64,000 nucleotides of DNA from Candidatus Babeliales bacterium. Lineage in GTDB: Bacteria > Babelota > Babeliae > Babelales > JANWKD01. Within the stretch, counting starts at the first letter, position 1. Each line of letters starts with the position of its first letter. The stretch covers positions 448,001 to 512,000 of the forward strand of contig OY969622.1 of assembly GCA_963701665.1 (NCBI GenBank), given 5' to 3'. Made by a program: the position numbers and the translations under genes. Shown here piece by piece: positions 11,839 through 22,718 of this stretch. Below the pieces are notes generated by a model. That model worked only from the letters and a program-made list of their open reading frames with translations. It searched no databases and had not been told where the DNA came from.

Positions 11839-12654
11839 ATGCCAATTATTAGAAGAAAGCCTCGAAGTGCGTCTCTCAGGTTTCAAACGTTCGTTGATAC
11901 AAGTGAATTGACGAAAAAAGAGCCGGAAAAAGCTCTGGTATCTGGGCTAAGAAAAAGAGGCGGTAGAAACGCGTACGGCCGAATAACCACTCGCCACAGA
12001 GGTGGGGGCGCGGCTCGTAAATACCGTGAAATTGATTTCAAGCGTACGGATCGAAACATTCCTGGAAGGGTTGTTGCCGTTGAATACGATCCAAACGTAA
12101 GTGTTCATATTGCGCTCGTTATCTTTCAAAATGGTCAAAAAAATATGTTTTAATGCCAGATGGCTTCAAATCGGCGCTCAGATTTATGCGGGCGAAGATG
12201 CTGAAGCAAAGATTGGCAACTCTATGCCGATTCGCAATATTCCCGTTGGTTTTACTATTCACAACGTGGAAATTGTTCCTAAATCGGGTGGAAAATTTGC
12301 GCGAAGTGCAGGAACATCAATTCAGTTAGTTGCAAAAGGGGATGATTATGCAACACTGAAGATGCCTTCTGGAGAAATTCGCCTTGTTGGATTAGATTGT
12401 TGGGCGACCATTGGTTCGCTTAGGCAATGCTGATCATAAAAATATTGTTATTGGGTAAAGCGGGTCGCAAAAGGCACATGGGCATTAGACCTTCTGTGCG
12501 TGGTATGGCAATGAACCCTGTAGATCACCCACATGGTGGTGGTGAAGGTCGTTCTAAATCAGGTTCTCATCCACGAAGCCCATGGGGTAAGGGTGCTAAA
12601 GGAACAAGAACGCGTAAACGTAAAAATCCTTTAATTCTTAAAAGACGTAGATAA
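11839..12654 (+). CDS. rplB: 50S ribosomal protein L2 (apparent frameshifts)
   Basis: [37 protein letters not shown] over three fragments. Confidence 0.93.
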
Positions 12655-12673
12655 TACCCTGAAGGATAAATAC

Positions 12674-12967
12674 ATGGCAAGATCAACTAAAAAAGGTCCT
12701 TTTGTAGCCGATTCACTCTTAGAAAAAGTTAATCGCCTTAAGACCAGTGGAAAAAGAGAAGCGATTAAAACATGGTCTCGAGGAAGCATGATTATTCCTG
12801 AATTCGTCGGACTAACTATTGCAGTACACAATGGGAAAAAATTTATTTCTGTGTTTATTACTGAAAATATGGTTGGTCATTATCTAGGTGAATTTGCGCC
12901 GACAAGAACGTTCAGATTGCATAGTGGTCAGCGAAAATCTGGGACAACTCCAGCGACACCATCATAA
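12674..12967 (+). CDS. rpsS: 30S ribosomal protein S19
   Basis: [26 protein letters not shown]. Confidence 0.98.
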   Translation: MARSTKKGPFVADSLLEKVNRLKTSGKREAIKTWSRGSMIIPEFVGLTIAVHNGKKFISVFITENMVGHYLGEFAPTRTFRLHSGQRKSGTTPATPS

Positions 12968-12994
12968 TTTCTCGCGTGAATAAGGAACATTAAA

Positions 12995-13342
12995 ATGCAA
13001 TTTATCGCAAAAGCAAAATTCATTCAGTACTCGCCGTATAAACTTCGGCCAATTGTTGATGTTATACGAGGGAAAAGTGCGCGCTATGCCTTAGATTGGT
13101 TGGCAACATATCCAACGCAGCGCGTGAAGCCGCTTGAAAAGGTTGTTAAATCAGCTGTGGCAAATGCAAAAAGTATTAGTAATATTGATCCTATGAATCT
13201 CATTATTAAAGATATTCGCGTAGATCAAGGGCCAATATTTAGGTATTTCAAGCCTGGCGCAATGGGAAGACCGACCGTTTTAAGAAAACGATTTAGTCAT
13301 ATTACATGTGTTGTTTTAGAAAATAATCCTAGAGAGGCTTAG
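12995..13342 (+). CDS. rplV: 50S ribosomal protein L22
   Basis: SPYKLRPIVDVIRG, SAVANA, VDQGP, SHIT. Confidence 0.96.
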   Translation: MQFIAKAKFIQYSPYKLRPIVDVIRGKSARYALDWLATYPTQRVKPLEKVVKSAVANAKSISNIDPMNLIIKDIRVDQGPIFRYFKPGAMGRPTVLRKRFSHITCVVLENNPREA

Positions 13343-13343
13343 T

Positions 13344-13977
13344 GTGGGACAAAAAGTTAATCCTATTGGATTTCGCTTAGGTGTTTATCGTGATTGGGAT
13401 GCGCGATGGTTCGCACGTAAATCATATGGTGAACAAATACTTGAAGATTTGAAAATACGGAAGTACATTGAATCTTTTTTTGATGCAACTGAAATCGCTC
13501 GTATTGAAATTGAAAAAGCTGGTGACAATCTTCGCGTTGTACTTCATTCACCGCACCCGGGCAAGATAATTGGTAAAAAAGGCCAAGAAATTGATGCTTT
13601 ACGAAAAGAATTGGCAAAATTAACCAAACGTAGCAATGTTGATGTTTCGGTTCAAGAAGTTAAAACCCCTGAATTAGATGCAACCTTAGTGGCAAAAAAT
13701 ATTGCTGTTCAACTTGAGAAGCGTGCCAGCTTTAAGAAAGCTATGAAAAGGGCCGCCGCAGCGAGTATTCGTGCTGGCGCTAAGGGTGTAAAGATTTGTT
13801 GTTCAGGCCGTTTAGGATGGAGCAGAAATTGCTCGTGCTGAATGGACGCGTGTCGGTTCTGTTCCACTTCACACGTTACGATCTGATATTGATTATGGCT
13901 TTGCTGAAGCAAAAACAACATACGGGATTATTGGTGTAAAGGTATGGATTTGTAAAGGCGAATTCCGCTTAGTTTGA
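13344..13977 (+). CDS. rpsC: 30S ribosomal protein S3 (one apparent frameshift near 13820)
   Basis: [27 protein letters not shown]-terminus [23 protein letters not shown] in another frame. Confidence 0.94.
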
Positions 13978-14003
13978 AACTCTTTGATTGGAAGAAATAA
14001 ATC

Positions 14004-14431
14004 ATGTTAATGCCTAAAAAAACAAAATATCGAAAAGTTCAAAGAGGAACGATGAAGGGCTTGTCCAAAGGCGCACAAAACTCTTGCGTTTGGTGAATAT
14101 GGATTGCAAGCGCTTGAGCCTGCGTGGATGACTGCACAACAAATTGAAGCTATTCGTGTTACGATGTCGCGAAAGCTAAAAAAAGTTGGAAAATTATTTT
14201 AAGAGTTTCCCCGATAAACCAGTTACCAAAAAACCTGCTGAAACACGTATGGGTAAAGGTAAAGGTAATCCAGAGTTATGGGTTGCGGTTGTAAAGCGTA
14301 ATCGTATTATTTGTGAAATTGAAGGATTGCCAGAGCAAGAAGCGAAAGCTATTTTGCGTTCGGCTGCTTACAAACTACCTATGAAAACAAGATTTGTAAG
14401 AAAATTAGAAGAAACAACAGCACATGAATAA
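14004..14431 (+). CDS. rplP: 50S ribosomal protein L16 (apparent frameshifts)
   Basis: [11 protein letters not shown] start; [24 protein letters not shown]. Confidence 0.93.
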
Positions 14432-14633
14432 AGAAAAAGTTGAAATAAAAGAATTATCAGTTGAGCAACTTAAAGATAAACTTGAATCTTTCCGACGTGA
14501 ATTGTTTAATTTAACGTTAAACTCTTCTACGGCGCATGTTAAGGATTATTCTCAATTTTCAAAATTAAGAAAAAATATTGCTCGTGCGCAAACATATTTG
14601 CGTCAAAAAATGCATGCTCAAGATGTCTCATAA
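14424..14633 (+). CDS. rpmC: 50S ribosomal protein L29
   Basis: [15 protein letters not shown]; synteny. Confidence 0.92.
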   Translation: MNKEKVEIKELSVEQLKDKLESFRRELFNLTLNSSTAHVKDYSQFSKLRKNIARAQTYLRQKMHAQDVS

Positions 14634-14647
14634 TTTAAAGGTAATCG

Positions 14648-14923
14648 ATGGCTACTAAAGCAGAATTAAAAAAATCAAAAAAAATAATGATCGGAGAAGT
14701 TATTTCCGACAAGATGGATAAAACAGTTGTGGTAGTAACGGAAAGAACGTTCCAAGAACCTCGATTACATAAAGTTATGCGAACTTCAAAGAAATATAAA
14801 GTTCATGACGAAGAAGGCCGTGCTAAAGAGGGTGATATCGTAGAGTTCTATGAAGGACGTCCTCGATCTAAAGATAAATACATGTATTTATCGCGAATTA
14901 TTAAGTCAAAGTCTAAAGAGTAA
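14648..14923 (+). CDS. rpsQ: 30S ribosomal protein S17
   Basis: GEVISDKMDKTVVV, KKYKVHDE. Confidence 0.97.
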   Translation: MATKAELKKSKKIMIGEVISDKMDKTVVVVTERTFQEPRLHKVMRTSKKYKVHDEEGRAKEGDIVEFYEGRPRSKDKYMYLSRIIKSKSKE

Positions 14924-14934
14924 GGTACAGGATT

Positions 14935-15303
14935 ATGGTTCAAAAACAATCATATTTAGTCGTTGCAGATAATTCTGGTGCCAAAGAGCTCATGGTAATT
15001 CATATTGTTGGTAGCACAAAGAAACGATACGCCTATTTAGGTGATTTAGTAGTTTGTTCTGTAAAAGAAGCAATACCGGGCGGTATGGTTAAGAAAAAGC
15101 AAATAGTACTTGTTCGTATTGTTCGAACTCGCAAGGAATTCCGTCGTGACGATGGTACGTACGTTCGTTTTGATGATAACGCGGGCGTTATCGTTAAAAA
15201 AGAAGACGGTGAACCAATGGGTACTCGTTTATTTGGCCCAGTGGCAAGGGAATTATTAACGTTTAATAAAAAATTTGGCTCTCTTGCCCAAGAAGTTGTT
15301 TAA
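14935..15303 (+). CDS. rplN: 50S ribosomal protein L14
   Basis: VADNSGAK, RFDDNA, GTRLFGPVAREL. Confidence 0.98.
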   Translation: MVQKQSYLVVADNSGAKELMVIHIVGSTKKRYAYLGDLVVCSVKEAIPGGMVKKKQIVLVRIVRTRKEFRRDDGTYVRFDDNAGVIVKKEDGEPMGTRLFGPVARELLTFNKKFGSLAQEVV

Positions 15304-15317
15304 GGAAACATCATATT

Positions 15318-15626
15318 ATGATGACTGTAAGAAAAGATGATTTGGTAGCCGTTATTTCAGGCAAAGATAAGAATAAACAGGGAAGAGTCATTGATATTTT
15401 ACCCAAAAAAGGTAAAGTAATGATTCAGGGTCTTGGTTTAGTGAAGCGGCATAGTAAAGCACGCAAACAGGGCGAAGTTTCTGCAATTAAAGAAAAAGAA
15501 TGCTTTATTGATGCTGCAAAGGTCATGCCTGTATGTAAATCATGCAAAAAACCATCACGTGTTAATTTTGTTACCACGGCTGATAATAAGAACCGTGTGT
15601 GTAATCGTTGTAAAGAGATTTTTTGA
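15318..15626 (+). CDS. rplX: 50S ribosomal protein L24
   Basis: KOW motif DLVAVISGKDKNKQGRV; C-terminal CxxC...CxxC. Confidence 0.95.
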   Translation: MMTVRKDDLVAVISGKDKNKQGRVIDILPKKGKVMIQGLGLVKRHSKARKQGEVSAIKEKECFIDAAKVMPVCKSCKKPSRVNFVTTADNKNRVCNRCKEIF

Positions 15627-15644
15627 CTCGTTTAAGGATATTTA

Positions 15645-16199
15645 ATGCCAAAGTCTCGTTTAAAAGAATTATATGATAAAAGTATACGCGCTAGTTTGAA
15701 AGAAAAACTAGGCCTTGCAAATATTATGCAAGTGCCTTCAATCTCTAAGATTGTTTTAAACGTAGGTGTAAAAGAAGCGGTAAATGATAGTAAAGTTTTA
15801 AAAACTGTCGTTGATACAATTGGACGCATTGCAGGTCAGGCTCCAGTGAAAACAAAGGCAAAAAAATCAATTGCTGGTTTTAAAATTCGTGAAGGTATGC
15901 CTATTGGTGTTATGGTAACGCTTAGGCAAGAAAATATGTATAATTTTCTTGATAAGCTTATTAATCTTGCGTTACCCAACGTTCGAGATTTTCAAGGATT
16001 GCCCCTTAAGTTTGATGGAAAAGGTAATTACAACATCGGCTTAAAAGAATGGACAATTTTTCCTGAAGCAGAAAAAGGTGTTAATGAAGCTATTTACGGG
16101 CTTAATGTTTCGATTCATACGACAGCGCGTAAAGATGAACATGCACTTGAGTTGCTAAGAGGATTTAATATGCCGTTTAAAAAAATAAAAAATAGTTAA
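15645..16199 (+). CDS. rplE: 50S ribosomal protein L5
   Basis: [32 protein letters not shown]. Confidence 0.98.
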   Translation: MPKSRLKELYDKSIRASLKEKLGLANIMQVPSISKIVLNVGVKEAVNDSKVLKTVVDTIGRIAGQAPVKTKAKKSIAGFKIREGMPIGVMVTLRQENMYNFLDKLINLALPNVRDFQGLPLKFDGKGNYNIGLKEWTIFPEAEKGVNEAIYGLNVSIHTTARKDEHALELLRGFNMPFKKIKNS

Positions 16200-16207
16200 G
16201 GGAAGCA

Positions 16208-16393
16208 ATGGCAAGAAAAGCGCTGATTGAAAAGGCGAATAAGACGCCTAAATTCTGGGTAAGACATAGAAATAGATGCAAATTATGTGGTCGCCCTAGA
16301 GGGTACATTCGATTATTTATGATGTGTCGTCTTTGTTTTAGAAAATTCGCTCTCAAAGGGTTGCTTCCTGGTGTTAAGAAAACTAGTTGGTAA
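16208..16393 (+). CDS. rpsN: 30S ribosomal protein S14 (short zinc-binding type)
   Basis: [16 protein letters not shown], 61 aa. Confidence 0.96.
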   Translation: MARKALIEKANKTPKFWVRHRNRCKLCGRPRGYIRLFMMCRLCFRKFALKGLLPGVKKTSW

Positions 16394-16411
16394 ATGAGAT
16401 AAAGGACTAAT

Positions 16412-16807
16412 ATGTCAATTGATGCTATCGGAGATTTTTTAACAATCATCAGAAATGGACTGATGGCGTCTAAACGCACAGTTGTTGCTCCGTATTCAAA
16501 AATAAAATTTGAAATCGTAAAAATTTTGAAAAATGAAGGTTTCATCAAAGACTTTGAACTTGTTGAAAGTCAATCTCCTAAAAAAGAAATTAAAATTTTC
16601 TTAAAATATGTTGATGGCGAATCGGTTATTCATGAATTGGTACGTGAAAGCAAGCCGAGCAGACGTATTTATGGAAAATCATCGCAATTGAAATTTGTTA
16701 TCGGAAAGCTAGGAATTTCAATCGTAACAACTAATAAAGGCATAATGACAAACAAAGAAGCCAAACAATTAGCAGTTGGTGGCGAAGTTATTTGCTCAGT
16801 TTGGTAA
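16412..16807 (+). CDS. rpsH: 30S ribosomal protein S8
   Basis: DAIGDFLTIIRN, LKNEGFI, SKPSRRIY, GGEVIC. Confidence 0.97.
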   Translation: MSIDAIGDFLTIIRNGLMASKRTVVAPYSKIKFEIVKILKNEGFIKDFELVESQSPKKEIKIFLKYVDGESVIHELVRESKPSRRIYGKSSQLKFVIGKLGISIVTTNKGIMTNKEAKQLAVGGEVICSVW

Positions 16808-16816
16808 GGATTGCAT

Positions 16817-17359
16817 ATGTCAAAGATTGGAAGAAGACCAATTAATACTAAAGATGTCCAAATTGATATTAAAGGACACGAGATACATTTCAAGGGAAAA
16901 AAAGCCTCTGGTGTATATGTTTTACCTCTTGAATTGAACGTATCAAAAACAGATGACAGTTTGGCTTTAACAAGTGATACTCGTTCATCAGATATGAATC
17001 GCATTTGGGGTTTACATCGTGCCTTATTAGCAAATAGTATTCTTGGCGCCCAACAAGGGTTTGATGAAAAAGTTATTATTAATGGTTTGGGTTTTAAAGC
17101 TACGCTCTCTGGCAATAAGTTGGTTTTCTCTTTGGGGTATAGTCACAAAATTGATCTAGAATTACCAAAAGGAATCACTGTTGAGATTGATAAAACCGGT
17201 CAAATCGTTACCGTTAAAGGTTCTGATAAAATGTTAGTTGGCCAGGTTTGTAGTTATATCAGAGCGTTGCGACCTCCAGAGCCGTATAAAGGAACTGGTA
17301 TTAGACTTGAAGACGAAGTGATTCTTCGCAAAGCTGGTAAAACTAAAGCTGCTGCCTAA
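16817..17359 (+). CDS. rplF: 50S ribosomal protein L6
   Basis: MSKIGRRPI, LGYSH, RPPEPYKGTGI. Confidence 0.97.
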   Translation: MSKIGRRPINTKDVQIDIKGHEIHFKGKKASGVYVLPLELNVSKTDDSLALTSDTRSSDMNRIWGLHRALLANSILGAQQGFDEKVIINGLGFKATLSGNKLVFSLGYSHKIDLELPKGITVEIDKTGQIVTVKGSDKMLVGQVCSYIRALRPPEPYKGTGIRLEDEVILRKAGKTKAAA

Positions 17360-17375
17360 ATAGGGGAAATTAGCC

Positions 17376-17729
17376 GTGTCATTACAAAGAAAAATTAAAC
17401 AAAGAACATTACGAAGACAGCGCCGCGTCCGTGCTCGTTTAAATACACTGCACTTGCCTCGCATTTCAGTGTTTCGTAGTCTCAATAACATATATGCGCA
17501 ACTTATTGATGATGCAAATAATGCAACGTTAGTCAGTTGCTCAACAGTTGAGCTAAAAGAGCTTTCAGGTGATAAAAAAACGAAGGCTAAAGCCGTTGGT
17601 CTTGAGTTCGCAAAGCGAGCTTTAGAAAAAGGTATTAAAGCAGCTGTTTTTGATCGGGGAAGCTATCTATTTCATGGCAGAGTAAAAAATTTTGCTGAGG
17701 GATTGAGAGACGGCGGTTTGCAAGTCTAA
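17376..17729 (+). CDS. rplR: 50S ribosomal protein L18
   Basis: PRISVFRS, IYAQLIDD, VFDRGSYLFHGRV. Confidence 0.97.
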   Translation: MSLQRKIKQRTLRRQRRVRARLNTLHLPRISVFRSLNNIYAQLIDDANNATLVSCSTVELKELSGDKKTKAKAVGLEFAKRALEKGIKAAVFDRGSYLFHGRVKNFAEGLRDGGLQV

Positions 17730-17752
17730 TTCTAACATAGGAACTAATAATC

Positions 17753-18271
17753 ATGGCAGAAGGTCATAAAGAAAAAGAATTTATGGATGCTGTAGTAAGT
17801 GTCAGAAGGGTTACCAAAGTAACAAAAGGTGGTAAAAGATTTTCTTTCTCCGTTTTTGTTATATCTGGGGATCAAAAGGGCAATATCGGATTAGCATTAG
17901 GAAAAAGCAAAGAAGTTTCTTCAGCGATTGCTAAAGCGACAGTAAAAGCACGCAAAAGTATGATTGCGGTACCATTGCGTAACACAACAATTCCTTACAA
18001 CGTTGTAGGAAGACATGGTGCAAGCAAAGTAATAATCCGATCAGCATATCAAGGAACGGGTGTGATTGCGGGTGGCCCTGTTCGTTCTGTTATGGAAGCA
18101 TTAGGGATTAAAGATGTTCTTGCAAAATCACTTGGCTCTTCAAATCAATTAAATGTGGTAAAAGCGACACTCAATGCTTTAGCAAAATTAAGAACTATTC
18201 AAGATATTGCAAGGTTTAGAGGGAAAACAATCGAACAAGTTATAAAGGGAAGCCATGTTTCAGCTCAATAA
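17753..18271 (+). CDS. rpsE: 30S ribosomal protein S5
   Basis: RVTKVTKGGKRFSF, GTGVIAGG, KSLGS. Confidence 0.98.
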   Translation: MAEGHKEKEFMDAVVSVRRVTKVTKGGKRFSFSVFVISGDQKGNIGLALGKSKEVSSAIAKATVKARKSMIAVPLRNTTIPYNVVGRHGASKVIIRSAYQGTGVIAGGPVRSVMEALGIKDVLAKSLGSSNQLNVVKATLNALAKLRTIQDIARFRGKTIEQVIKGSHVSAQ

Positions 18272-18704
18272 CTTAACATCACTGGTAAAAAAACGTAAAC
18301 GAATTGGACGTGGTGGAAGTAGAGGCGGCACATGTGGTCGCGGTCATAAAGGTCAAAAAGCTCGTAGCGGGCATTCAAAAGTGCGCGTTGGCTTTGAAGG
18401 CGGACAAATAACATTGATTCGACGCTTGCCTAAACGCGGTTTTAATAATAAAGAATTTAGCTCTCCCTTTGTCATCAAGAACTTAGCTGAATTAGAAAAT
18501 GCTTTCCAAGCGGGAAGTGTAATCTCAAAAGATTCTTTGTTTGAGAGTGGCATGCTCAAAGGACCGAAAAATGTTTCTATAAAAATATTAGGAACTGGTT
18601 CTCTAACAAAAAAATTCATTGTACACGCGCATGCTTTTAGTAAAAGTGCTGCTGAACAGATTAAACGATGCGGTGGGGAAGTACACATAATTAAGGAGAG
18701 CTAA
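18255..18704 (+). CDS. rplO: 50S ribosomal protein L15
   Basis: RIGRGGS.GGTCGRGHKGQKARSG, GFEGGQ, RRLPKRGF. Confidence 0.97.
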   Translation: MFQLNNLTSLVKKRKRIGRGGSRGGTCGRGHKGQKARSGHSKVRVGFEGGQITLIRRLPKRGFNNKEFSSPFVIKNLAELENAFQAGSVISKDSLFESGMLKGPKNVSIKILGTGSLTKKFIVHAHAFSKSAAEQIKRCGGEVHIIKES

Positions 18705-18706
18705 GA

Positions 18707-20020
18707 GTGGTACTTTTAAAAAATTTCAAAAATATGTTTATGATACCTGAGCTGAGGAAGAAGCTTTTTTTCACACTCGGTGTATTAATAGTTACCCGCT
18801 TAGGTTGTTATATTCCCGTTATTGGCGTGAATATTCCTCTGTTAGGCGAGTATATGAAGCAAGCAACAAGCTTAGGCGGGTTGCTTAGTTATCTTGATAT
18901 CTTTTCAGGTGGATCTTTAGCGAGTTCCACCTTGTTTGCTTTGGGCATTTCTCCCTACATTACTGCTTCTATTATGATGCAAATGTTAGGTATGACAGTG
19001 CCGTATCTGGAGCAGCTGGTCAAAGAAGGCGACTACGGAAGAAAAATTATCAATCAGTATACGCGCTATCTTACGCTTGGCCTCAGTGTCATGTATAGTT
19101 TTCCTTATGCATTGTACTTAGAAACTCATAATTTAGCGTTAACACCTGGTTGGGGTTTTAGGATTCTTTTTGTTATTTCCTTGACCGTTGGCGCTATGTT
19201 TGTGATGTGGCTGGGTGAGCAAATTTCGCTCTTTGGTATTGGTAACGGTAGTTCTATGATCATTTTCTCGGGTATAGTCTCAAAATTCCCTGAATATATT
19301 ATTAAGACTAAGGCGATGATTGATGCTGGAAGTATTAATATTTTCCAAGCGCTCCTTATTTTAGCAATCTTTCTTGCTATTACCGCGTGCATTGTATTTC
19401 TTGAAAAAGGCGAGCGCAAAATACCAGTTCAATACGCGCGCCGTGTCGTTGGTCAACGAGTGTATGGAGGACAAAGTACCTACATACCGTTCAGAATTAA
19501 CAACGCGAGCATTATGCCGATTATTTTCACTTCTGCTGTTATTAATGCTCCGCTCGCTTTGGTAGGCCTTTTATCCCAGAAAATTGAATTTTTTAAGGGT
19601 TTTGTAGAATGGTTTAGCCAAATGGGCGTTGTTTACAACGCACTTCAATTTATTTTGATCATTTTCTTCTCATTTTTCTATACGGCGTTAATTTTTAACC
19701 CAGAAGAACTTGCGGAGAATATTAAAAAAAGTGGTGGCTTTATCCCAGGTATTCGCCCGGGTAAAAAAACAGCACTTTTTTTCAATTATATTTTAACTCG
19801 TATTGGTTTAGTTGGTGCAATTTATCTTGCATGTTTGGCCCTCGCCCCTAATATTTTGCATGCTTTCATGCGCATGCCATTTAACTTAAGCGGAACCTCG
19901 CTTTTGATTGTGGTGGGTGTTGCCTTAGAAACTTCTGCTCAAATCGAGTCATATTTAATTGAGCATCGGTATGAAGGGTTTTTGACAACAGGACGTTTGA
20001 AAGCTAGGACAGCACGTTGA
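18707..20020 (+). CDS. secY: Preprotein translocase subunit SecY
   Basis: FALGISPYITASI, WLGEQI, GIGNGSS, GGFIPGIRPG, GTSLLIVVGV. Confidence 0.98.
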   Translation: MVLLKNFKNMFMIPELRKKLFFTLGVLIVTRLGCYIPVIGVNIPLLGEYMKQATSLGGLLSYLDIFSGGSLASSTLFALGISPYITASIMMQMLGMTVPYLEQLVKEGDYGRKIINQYTRYLTLGLSVMYSFPYALYLETHNLALTPGWGFRILFVISLTVGAMFVMWLGEQISLFGIGNGSSMIIFSGIVSKFPEYIIKTKAMIDAGSINIFQALLILAIFLAITACIVFLEKGERKIPVQYARRVVGQRVYGGQSTYIPFRINNASIMPIIFTSAVINAPLALVGLLSQKIEFFKGFVEWFSQMGVVYNALQFILIIFFSFFYTALIFNPEELAENIKKSGGFIPGIRPGKKTALFFNYILTRIGLVGAIYLACLALAPNILHAFMRMPFNLSGTSLLIVVGVALETSAQIESYLIEHRYEGFLTTGRLKARTAR

Positions 20021-20703
20021 AAGAGAAGAAAGTTTTTATTTTTATTGGGCCCCCGGGCGCAGGGAAAGGTTCGCTATCACAATACTGTACGGCCAAATTG
20101 GGTTGGAAACAGCTATCGACAGGTTCGCTCTGTAGGAAAAATATAGACGAGCAGACCGAGATAGGGAAACAAATAGATTTTGCTATAAAATCTGGTAAAC
20201 TTATATCAGATGATTTAATCGTTAGCATGGTTGAAGAATGGTTGATTAATAACAGTTCTCATTTCCAAACGGCTATCTTGGATGGATTTCCAAGAACGGT
20301 TCAACAGGCTGAAGCGTTAAATGTCCTTCTTACGCAAAAAATTAAAAATTGTGATTTAAGGATTATTCGTTTATTCATCTCTGATGATACTATTATACAT
20401 CGCTTATCAGGCCGTTTGATTTGTAGCAATAATAATTGTCAAGCAATTTATTCACTATTACCTTTGTCTGATCATGCTCCTGAGCGTGTGATGACATGCG
20501 ATACGTGTCAAGATAAGTTAATGCGTAGAGCAGATGATGCAATGAATGCAGTTATTGAGCGCCTTAAGATTTATCATACTCATGAACAACAGTTATTGAA
20601 TTACTATCGTGACTACGGTTTTGCTATCAGTGAAGTTAATGTTGAAAAGCCTTTAAAAGATGTTTTTGATGATTTTCAAAATTTATTGCAGATAATGAAA
20701 TAG
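20017..20703 (+). CDS. adk: Adenylate kinase
   Basis: GPPGAGKG, LDGFPRT, Cys-containing LID. Confidence 0.95.
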   Translation: MKEKKVFIFIGPPGAGKGSLSQYCTAKLGWKQLSTGSLCRKNIDEQTEIGKQIDFAIKSGKLISDDLIVSMVEEWLINNSSHFQTAILDGFPRTVQQAEALNVLLTQKIKNCDLRIIRLFISDDTIIHRLSGRLICSNNNCQAIYSLLPLSDHAPERVMTCDTCQDKLMRRADDAMNAVIERLKIYHTHEQQLLNYYRDYGFAISEVNVEKPLKDVFDDFQNLLQIMK

Positions 20704-21470
20704 TGATGATTACCATTAAAAACAAAGAAGCAATTGAAAAAATGAAAACGGCGGGAACTTTGCTTGCTGAGATTATGGATGACATTCAGCCATTAATTAA
20801 GCCAGGTGTTAGTACCTTGTTTTTAGATTCTTGGATTGAAAAAGAGCTTTTAAAGAAAAATCTTGTTTCACAAACAAAAGGATATTGTGGATACAAGCAT
20901 GTGAGCTGCATATCTCTTAATGATGTTGTAGTTCACGGAATACCGAGAGAAGATGTTCTTTTAAAAGAGGGTGATCTTCTTACCATTGACATATGTGCTG
21001 CATGGCAAGGATATTGTGCTGATTTAGCTCGCTGCTTTTTTGTTGGCAGCACGTCTGCTGATTGCAAAAAATTAGTGGACGTTGCTGAAAGTGCCTTAAA
21101 AAAAGGTCTTGAAAAAGCAAAAGTGGGCAATAGGCTTTCGGATATATCTGCTGCCATACAGAATGAAGTTGAAAAACATGGCTATGGCGTTGTGCGTGAT
21201 TTTGCTGGTCATGGTATTGGTCAGCGCATGCATGAAGACCCAGAGATCTTGAATTATGGCAAACCGGGTCAAGGCCCTGTTTTGAAAGCTGGTATGACTT
21301 TTGCTATTGAGCCAATGATAACCATGGGAAAATTTGATGTGTATGTTGCTGCAGATGGTTGGACAGTAAAAACACGAGATAAAAGTTTGGCAGCTCATGT
21401 TGAGGATACTGTTGTGATTACAGAACAAGGTCCTCTTGTATTAACACGCATTAGCCAAGGAGCGCGATGA
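20703..21470 (+). CDS. map: Methionine aminopeptidase type I
   Basis: [33 protein letters not shown]. Confidence 0.97.
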   Translation: MMITIKNKEAIEKMKTAGTLLAEIMDDIQPLIKPGVSTLFLDSWIEKELLKKNLVSQTKGYCGYKHVSCISLNDVVVHGIPREDVLLKEGDLLTIDICAAWQGYCADLARCFFVGSTSADCKKLVDVAESALKKGLEKAKVGNRLSDISAAIQNEVEKHGYGVVRDFAGHGIGQRMHEDPEILNYGKPGQGPVLKAGMTFAIEPMITMGKFDVYVAADGWTVKTRDKSLAAHVEDTVVITEQGPLVLTRISQGAR

Positions 21471-21706
21471 GTAATAAAAAAGAAGAAGTGATTAAAATTG
21501 ATGGCATTGTGAAAGAAACATTGCCTAATGCTATGTTTCGTGTGCAGATTGAAGGTGGGCATACGGTTTTAGGGCATGTTTCAGGAAAAATGCGTATGAA
21601 TTATATTCGAATTTTTCCTGGTGATAGAGTTGCACTTGAGCTCTCGCCCTATGATTTGACGCGCGGTCGAATTGTATTGAGATATAAAAATGAAAAAATG
21701 CAGTAA
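21467..21706 (+). CDS. infA: Translation initiation factor IF-1
   Basis: [23 protein letters not shown]. Confidence 0.98.
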   Translation: MSNKKEEVIKIDGIVKETLPNAMFRVQIEGGHTVLGHVSGKMRMNYIRIFPGDRVALELSPYDLTRGRIVLRYKNEKMQ

Positions 21707-21733
21707 AAAAAATTAATGTGTATTGGGGAAACA

Positions 21734-21850
21734 ATGAAAGTTAGAACATCGGTAAAGAAAATTTGTGAAAATTGTCGAGTTGTTAAACGTGCTGGTGTAG
21801 TTCGCATAATTTGTGATAGAAATCCACGACATAAGCAACGTCAAGGATAA
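21734..21850 (+). CDS. rpmJ: 50S ribosomal protein L36 (missed by ORF track)
   Basis: Hand translation [38 protein letters not shown]. Confidence 0.97.
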   Translation: MKVRTSVKKICENCRVVKRAGVVRIICDRNPRHKQRQG

Positions 21851-21879
21851 ATTTTTGGTGAAATGAACAAGGATTTTTT

Positions 21880-22269
21880 ATGGCAAGAATCGAAGGTGTA
21901 AATCTTCCAGGCAGTAAAAGAGTTGAATACGGCTTAACCTATATTTTTGGTATTGGTCTTAAATCCGCACAGGATATTCTTTCAAGATTAAAGATCAACT
22001 TTGATAAACGCGTTAAAGATTTAAGCGATGAAGAAGTTGCTTCTATACAGAAAGAAATTACCGCTCATTATGATGTTGAAGGTAAGTTACGTATGGAAAT
22101 CAGAAATAACATCAAAAGATTGCAGGAAATAGGGGCTTACCGAGGCTTGAGGCATAAAAAAGGACTTCCTGTTCGAGGGCAAAGAACCAAAACGAACGCT
22201 CGTACTCGTAAGGGTCCAAGAAAAGCGGGTGGTGCAGTTGCTCTAAAACGTAAAGTAACTAAAAAATAA
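21880..22269 (+). CDS. rpsM: 30S ribosomal protein S13
   Basis: [33 protein letters not shown]. Confidence 0.98.
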   Translation: MARIEGVNLPGSKRVEYGLTYIFGIGLKSAQDILSRLKINFDKRVKDLSDEEVASIQKEITAHYDVEGKLRMEIRNNIKRLQEIGAYRGLRHKKGLPVRGQRTKTNARTRKGPRKAGGAVALKRKVTKK

Positions 22270-22302
22270 CAATATTACTGCGGTGTTGAGGATATTTAAA
22301 GA

Positions 22303-22686
22303 ATGGCTTATAAGAAAAAAACCAAAAAAACTAAAAGACATATTGATTCAGTGGTGGCCCACGTTAAATCATCATTTAACAATACCATTGTTTCAATAAC
22401 CACAGAAAGTGGTGATGTTTTGCTAACTGGTAGCGCAGGACGTGAAAATTTTAAGGGTGCCCGTAAAGGTACACCTTTTGCAGCGACGCAGGTCGGCTTG
22501 AAATTAGCAAAAGAAATCTCAGCATTTGGTGCTAGGAATGTTGAAGTTAATTTGCAAGGGCCTGGTTCAGGAAGAGATGCTGTCGTGCGAGCGTTGCAAT
22601 CATCCGGGCTCAATATTACCATATTGCGTGATGTAACTCCGTTACCATTCAATGGGTGTCGTGCACCAAAAAAACGTAGAGTATAA
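22303..22686 (+). CDS. rpsK: 30S ribosomal protein S11
   Basis: [30 protein letters not shown]. Confidence 0.98.
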   Translation: MAYKKKTKKTKRHIDSVVAHVKSSFNNTIVSITTESGDVLLTGSAGRENFKGARKGTPFAATQVGLKLAKEISAFGARNVEVNLQGPGSGRDAVVRALQSSGLNITILRDVTPLPFNGCRAPKKRRV

Positions 22687-22718
22687 CGTATAATTTTTTT
22701 GTAGGATTTAAGATTGAT

